DNA from: an uncultured Anaeromyxobacteraceae bacterium
Lineage (GTDB): Bacteria; Myxococcota_A; UBA9042; DTJE01
Direction of reading: 5' to 3'
NCBI GenBank assembly: GCA_964522105.1
Contig: CAZFVA010000014.1
Span: forward strand, 22,677 to 84,238
DNA length: 61,562 nucleotides
The translations under genes were made by a program, and so were the position numbers. The notes under the pieces were generated by a model. The model had not been told where the DNA came from. It ran no database searches and worked only from the letters and a program-made list of their open reading frames with translations. This document shows positions 56,808-61,562 of the stretch, piece by piece; the stretch's first letter is position 1, and each line of letters begins with the position of its first letter.

Positions 56808-57748
56808 TTGCCGCAGACGATTTTTCTGCAATTCCCCTGAGGATCAGTGACTTGCGCCATTCATTTGGAACGCGCAAAGCACTTGACGGCCTGAATCTGC
56901 AGGTCGAGGCGGGCGGAATTTGTGGAATTGTCGGGCCGGACGGGGCAGGCAAGACGACGGCGCTGCGGATATGCAGCGGTCTGATAGATCCTGTGTCTGG
57001 CAGTGTGACCGTTTTCGGGATGGATCCCAGGTCTGTGCAGGCCAGGGATTTCGTCGGATACATGCCTCAGATGTACAGTCTTTACGGGGACTTGAGTGTC
57101 ATCGAAAATCTGAAGTTCTTTGGGAAAATGTTCTGTCTGGACAGGAAGACTTTCAATGACCGGGCCGAACGTCTGCTGTCCATTACGATGCTGAAGGAAT
57201 TTGTGGACAGGCGGGCCGACGCGCTTTCAGGCGGCATGTACAAAAAACTGGCGCTTGCGGCAGTGCTGATTTCCAGGCCGCGTCTGTTGCTTCTTGACGA
57301 ACCGACGAACGGTGTTGACCCGGTTTCGCGCGCGGAACTGTGGGATTTGCTTTATGAATTCGTGTCTGAAGGCTCGACGGTAGTCGTTTCGACCGCCTAT
57401 ATGGACGAGGCCGCCAGGTGTTCTAAAGTCGGCCTGCTGTCCGAAGGTCGTCTAATTGCCGAAGGGTCGCCCCATGACCTTAGAAGCAGGTTTACCGGGA
57501 CTGTTTTTTACCTTGCTGAAGCGGAAGGTCAATCCACAGGTGTCCAGATTCACAAGCTTATTGATTCCATGCGTGCGGATATTCAGGCTGTGACGCCATC
57601 GGGCAACGGGTTTCGCGTTCTTGCGTCATCGGCACAGGTCGGGTCAGCAAGAGGTCAGATAGCCGGTGCGGGTCTGGTGCCTGTCGAAGTCAGTCCGTCG
57701 TTTGAAGACATATTCATTTCTTCGTTCCTGGAAAATTCTGATGGGTGA
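56804..57748 (+). CDS. ABC transporter ATP-binding protein (YbhF N-half-like)
   Basis: GPDGAGKTT, LSGGM, LLLDEPT. Confidence 0.93.
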   Translation: MIAADDFSAIPLRISDLRHSFGTRKALDGLNLQVEAGGICGIVGPDGAGKTTALRICSGLIDPVSGSVTVFGMDPRSVQARDFVGYMPQMYSLYGDLSVIENLKFFGKMFCLDRKTFNDRAERLLSITMLKEFVDRRADALSGGMYKKLALAAVLISRPRLLLLDEPTNGVDPVSRAELWDLLYEFVSEGSTVVVSTAYMDEAARCSKVGLLSEGRLIAEGSPHDLRSRFTGTVFYLAEAEGQSTGVQIHKLIDSMRADIQAVTPSGNGFRVLASSAQVGSARGQIAGAGLVPVEVSPSFEDIFISSFLENSDG

Positions 57749-58739
57749 GTCTGTTCCCCGGGGTGTTATGGCGATGAATGCAATAAGTGTTGTCAATCTT
57801 TGTCGTAATTTCGGGGACTTCAAAGCTGTCAGCGACGTTTCGTTCGATGTCCCGGCTGGTGGAATATTCGGGTTTCTGGGTGCGAACGGGGCCGGTAAAT
57901 CGACCACAATCAAGATGTTATGCGGCCTTCTGGAAGCGACTTCTGGCACCATTAATGTGGCCGGGGTTGATGTTGTTGCCAACCCCGAAGCCGTCAAACC
58001 GCGAATTGGCTACATGTCGCAGAAGTTTTCGCTGTATCCCGATCTGACCGTCGAAGAAAACCTGGATTTTTTTGGCGGTGCGTACGGTCTGAAAGGAAAG
58101 CAGCTTGGCCTTAGAATTGAAGAAGTCCTTGAACTTACTGCCCTTGTTGATATCAGAACTCGCATGACAGGGGCGCTTCCTGCAGGATGGAAACAGCGGG
58201 TAGCACTTGCCAATGCACTTGTTCACAAGCCGGGTCTGTTGTTTTTGGATGAACCGACGGCCGGTGTCGATCCAATTTCGCGCAAGCAGTTTCTGGATAT
58301 TGTCGGGCGGTATGTGGCCGAAGGCGGTACCGTTTTCCTGACGACGCACTTCATGGACGAAGCCGAGTACTGCCAGCTTGTCGGACTGATGGTCAGGGGG
58401 AAACTGGTCGCGCTCGGGTCGGTGGCCCAGTTGAAGGCGGAATGGGCGCCGGGTAACCGTTTTCTTATTCAAACTCCGTCTGCCGCAGGCGCCGGGGCCG
58501 AATCGGCCGCCGCTCTGTTGAAGATTCTGTCGGCTGCGCCCGGTGTTGAATCGGTCGTCAGGTGGGCCGACGGGTTCAAGATCACAACGTCGCTGTCCGG
58601 CCCCGAAATCCAGGCGCTCGTTACGGCGGGTGCTATAACTGCCGGCATGTCCGCTGACATGGCACCTTCCCGGATACAGCCTGTTGAAGCCACCCTTGAT
58701 GACGTCTTTACCGTTCTGACGCTCGGGAGGCAGAGATGA
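57741..58739 (+). CDS. ABC transporter ATP-binding protein (YbhF C-half-like)
   Basis: GANGAGKST, degenerate signature LPAGWKQR, LFLDEPT, TTHFMDEAE; start moved to ATG at 57741. Confidence 0.92.
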   Translation: MGESVPRGVMAMNAISVVNLCRNFGDFKAVSDVSFDVPAGGIFGFLGANGAGKSTTIKMLCGLLEATSGTINVAGVDVVANPEAVKPRIGYMSQKFSLYPDLTVEENLDFFGGAYGLKGKQLGLRIEEVLELTALVDIRTRMTGALPAGWKQRVALANALVHKPGLLFLDEPTAGVDPISRKQFLDIVGRYVAEGGTVFLTTHFMDEAEYCQLVGLMVRGKLVALGSVAQLKAEWAPGNRFLIQTPSAAGAGAESAAALLKILSAAPGVESVVRWADGFKITTSLSGPEIQALVTAGAITAGMSADMAPSRIQPVEATLDDVFTVLTLGRQR

Positions 58740-59875
58740 ACAGGGGGCCCCTCGCATTTCTGTCCAGGACTGTCGCCGTTGCGGAAAAAGAGGTCCGTCA
58801 CATATCACGCGACCGGACCACGCTTTACATGTCGCTGGGACTGCCGCTCGTTCTGCTGATTATCTTTGGCTTCGGCATCAGTTTTGACCTTGAAGATGCC
58901 CCGGTTCTTGTCATCAACCAGGACGGCGGCAGCAGGTCTGTCGAGATTATCAGGCTTCTGAAGGCGACCGGCGATTTTGAAGTAGATGATCGGTTCACGA
59001 ACGCGGCAGAAGCTGAAAAGGCTTTCAAATCGGCACGTGCGATGGGTGCCGTGGTCATTCCGGCCGGTTATGAAAAAGATCTGCTTTCGGGCGCCGGTGG
59101 CAGGGTTCAGATTCTGATTGATGGCAGTGACGGGACAGCCGCAGGGACGTTGACCGGGAACCTGCTGTCATCGCTTTCGTCGTCCATTTCAGGGCAGATT
59201 GCCGACATCACCGGCCAGACAGTTGAACAGCCGGTTTCATCTGTTGTCAGGCCGGTATTCAACACGGGAATGGTTTCGGCGGTGTTCCTTGTGCCCGGAC
59301 TGATCGCGCTTGTCCTTTCGCTGGCCGGCGTATTGATGACTGCGTTGACCGTTGCCCGCGAGTGGGAGCGTGGCAATATGGAGCAGGTCTTTTCGACCCC
59401 GGTCGGCCGTGGTGAAATCATCCTTGGAAAGCTTGTTCCATACATGGTGATTGGACTGGTTCAGGCCCTGATGGTTCTGACAGCCGGCGCGGTGATATTC
59501 GGTGTCCCGTTCCAGGGTTCAGTTATTGTGTTGTTTGTCGGAACTTTCCTGTTCCTGGCCGGCGCGCTCGGGCTTGGTCTGCTGGTGTCGTCGGTTACGC
59601 GTAATCAGCAGGTCGCCACTCAGGTCGGTACGCTGGTTTCGTTGCTGCCGACCGTTTTTCTGTCAGGTTTCATGTTTCCAATAGACAAGATGCCGCTGTT
59701 TCTGCGGGCTGTTTCACATATTCTACCTGCCCGATATTACGTGCATTTTCTTCGCGGAGTGCTGCTGAAAGGGGCGGGATTTGCCGAGCTTGCGCCCGAC
59801 CTTTTCGCGATGGTCGTGTTCGCCACGATCGTACTTGTCATGGCCGTTGCCAAATTTCCCAGGAGGATCGCATGA
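58736..59875 (+). CDS. ABC-2 type permease (YbhS-like)
   Basis: KEVRHISRD, AREWERGNMEQ, LSGFMFPIDKMP. Confidence 0.92.
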   Translation: MNRGPLAFLSRTVAVAEKEVRHISRDRTTLYMSLGLPLVLLIIFGFGISFDLEDAPVLVINQDGGSRSVEIIRLLKATGDFEVDDRFTNAAEAEKAFKSARAMGAVVIPAGYEKDLLSGAGGRVQILIDGSDGTAAGTLTGNLLSSLSSSISGQIADITGQTVEQPVSSVVRPVFNTGMVSAVFLVPGLIALVLSLAGVLMTALTVAREWERGNMEQVFSTPVGRGEIILGKLVPYMVIGLVQALMVLTAGAVIFGVPFQGSVIVLFVGTFLFLAGALGLGLLVSSVTRNQQVATQVGTLVSLLPTVFLSGFMFPIDKMPLFLRAVSHILPARYYVHFLRGVLLKGAGFAELAPDLFAMVVFATIVLVMAVAKFPRRIA

Positions 59876-61011
59876 CTGGTGAAATTGCGGCAGTTATCAG
59901 GAAGGAAATCCGTCAGATATCAAGGGACAAAAGGCTGCTGCCGATGCTGTTTCTGGCACCCGCCCTGCAGGTCATGGTGTTCGGCTTTGCCGTTGATTTT
60001 GATGTCAGAAATGTGAAAACGGCCTGGTGTGACCAGGATAATTCCGAGTACAGCAGAAAATTCATAACCGGCTTTCTGACCGGAGAATCGTTTGTGCCTG
60101 TTGGACCGGCCGGGAACTGCGGTGACCCGACCAGCGACTTGAAGCGCGAAACGGCCGAAGTTGTCGTGCTGGTTCCGCCCGGCTTTGGAAGGGCGATTTC
60201 CGGCGGGCGGACAACTCAGGTGCAGTTCCTGGTCGATGCGTCTAACCCGATAGTCGGGCGTTTTGCCGATACGGCGTCAAAGGCATACACGGCGACATTT
60301 TCGTCAGAATATGCCCGTGGGCGGGCCGGTCTGGCGGCGGGCCGTCAGGGAATTGATCCCCGGATTCCGACTATTTCCACTGAAGTGCGGGTCTTCTTCA
60401 ATCCGACCCTGCAGACACCGTTGTTCATGGTGCCCGGTGTGGCGGCGATGGTTCTGCTTGTCGTGACAATGATTGCGACTTCGATGGGGCTGGCGCGTGA
60501 ACGTGAGATGGGAACGCTTGAGCAGGTCATGGTTACGCCGATTAAGCCGATTGCGCTGATCATCGGCAAGACGACCCCGTTCGTCGTGATTGGCTGCGTT
60601 GACATACTGCTGGTATTCGCAATCGCCGTCTGGGTTTTCAACGTCCCTGTGCGCGGTTCGCTGCTTCTGCTTGCCTTCGGCACGTTGCTTTTCATCATGT
60701 CAACTGTCGGCATCGGCCTGTTTATCTCGACCGTCAGCCGTAATCAGCAGCAGGCGTTTCTGGGGTCATTTATCATCATGATGCCTGCCGTTCTGCTTTC
60801 AGGGGTTCTTACGCCTGTGTTTAACATGCCTTTCTGGCTGAAACCTCTGGCATATATGAATCCAATTAAGTATTACGTGGATATACTGCGGGCGGTGCTG
60901 CTGAAGGCTGCCGGTTTTACTGATGTGCTACCCGATCTGGCAGCTTTATTTATTTTTGGCTTTGGAATTCTGACGCTGGCCGTTCTAAGATTCGGCAAAA
61001 GGATCGGTTGA
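59872..61011 (+). CDS. ABC-2 type permease (YbhR-like)
   Basis: KEIRQISRD, AREREMGTLEQVMVTP, LSGVLTPVFNMP. Confidence 0.92.
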   Translation: MTGEIAAVIRKEIRQISRDKRLLPMLFLAPALQVMVFGFAVDFDVRNVKTAWCDQDNSEYSRKFITGFLTGESFVPVGPAGNCGDPTSDLKRETAEVVVLVPPGFGRAISGGRTTQVQFLVDASNPIVGRFADTASKAYTATFSSEYARGRAGLAAGRQGIDPRIPTISTEVRVFFNPTLQTPLFMVPGVAAMVLLVVTMIATSMGLAREREMGTLEQVMVTPIKPIALIIGKTTPFVVIGCVDILLVFAIAVWVFNVPVRGSLLLLAFGTLLFIMSTVGIGLFISTVSRNQQQAFLGSFIIMMPAVLLSGVLTPVFNMPFWLKPLAYMNPIKYYVDILRAVLLKAAGFTDVLPDLAALFIFGFGILTLAVLRFGKRIG

Positions 61012-61029
61012 GTCCTTGAGGTGTTATTT

Positions 61030-61562
61030 ATGAGATGTTGGCTGAATAGAAATTTTGCGGGTGTTCCGCTGGCTGTGGCCTCGTTGGCGGCAGTCGTCGC
61101 GATTGCGGCATCGGCCGTGGCGCAGGAACGTCCGGTAACGCTTGAACAGGCGGTGCGGGCGGCCCTGGAACATTCGCCGAAGGTAAAGATTGCTGAGATC
61201 GGGGTTGAAAAGGCCGGGGACACCAGAAAGGGCGCAATCGGGCCGATGGTGCCGAACCTGTCAATCGATATGGGCGTGCAGTACTGGGATGCCGCCAACC
61301 AGTTGAATTTCCTTGGTAAAGACATGCCGTCGGATGCCGAACTGGCAGCCGCGATTGAACCTATTGCGGGCCTCCTTCCTGAAGAGTCAAAAGCGACGTT
61401 TGGCAAGCTTCTGACCGGTTTCAGCAAGATGCGTAACTACCAGGTTCAGGACCAGGTTACCGCGTCAGTCACCGTCCAGGCCGTTCAGCCCCTGACTCCG
61501 CTTATATCTCTGGCCAGTGTTTACAAGGTTTATGGCGCGGCCGAAGACGCCGCGAAGTTCGA
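61030..61562 (+). CDS. TolC-family outer membrane factor; runs off the right edge, so absent from the ORF track
   Basis: Hand translation from ATG at 61030: signal peptide, then TLEQAVRAALEHSP...PNLSI and VQPL. Confidence 0.8.
   Translation, partial: MRCWLNRNFAGVPLAVASLAAVVAIAASAVAQERPVTLEQAVRAALEHSPKVKIAEIGVEKAGDTRKGAIGPMVPNLSIDMGVQYWDAANQLNFLGKDMPSDAELAAAIEPIAGLLPEESKATFGKLLTGFSKMRNYQVQDQVTASVTVQAVQPLTPLISLASVYKVYGAAEDAAKF

Overview
A 61.6-kb, moderately GC-rich bacterial chromosomal window, most likely from a Myxococcota-like deltaproteobacterium. That assignment is an inference from a MYXO-CTERM-type tail, TIGR02266-like PilZ proteins, a TIGR04552-like protein, Hanks-type kinases and giant Cys-rich lipoproteins. 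Housekeeping genes are pgm, tRNA-Leu(UAA), nadE, argS, lysC, ssb, glpK, rho, hflKC, rpoN-hpf-rapZ and dnaJ. Interspersed are surface lipoproteins with Asp/Thr-rich tethers (GH50-like, GH5, Cys-rich), a diguanylate cyclase with two PilZ genes, an nrfHA nitrite-ammonification pair, a Fic gene and a TetR-controlled YbhGFSR/TolC-like exporter. No integrase, transposase, rRNA or CRISPR array was seen. The most notable observations are: (i) three palindromic 11-7-11 sites at an exact 34-bp period over the Fic promoter; (ii) a TIGR04552-like protein carrying RelA/SpoT synthetase motifs with an altered acceptor site; (iii) an rpoN operon in which ptsN/npr are absent and a catalytically degenerate HEPN-Zn-ribbon protein and a Ser/Thr kinase follow rapZ; (iv) a predicted H-type pseudoknot in the rho leader; (v) a CXXCH-type NrfA. 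All family assignments come from reading motifs by eye; no database search was run. Several start codons were moved from the ORF track on the basis of SD spacing and overlaps.
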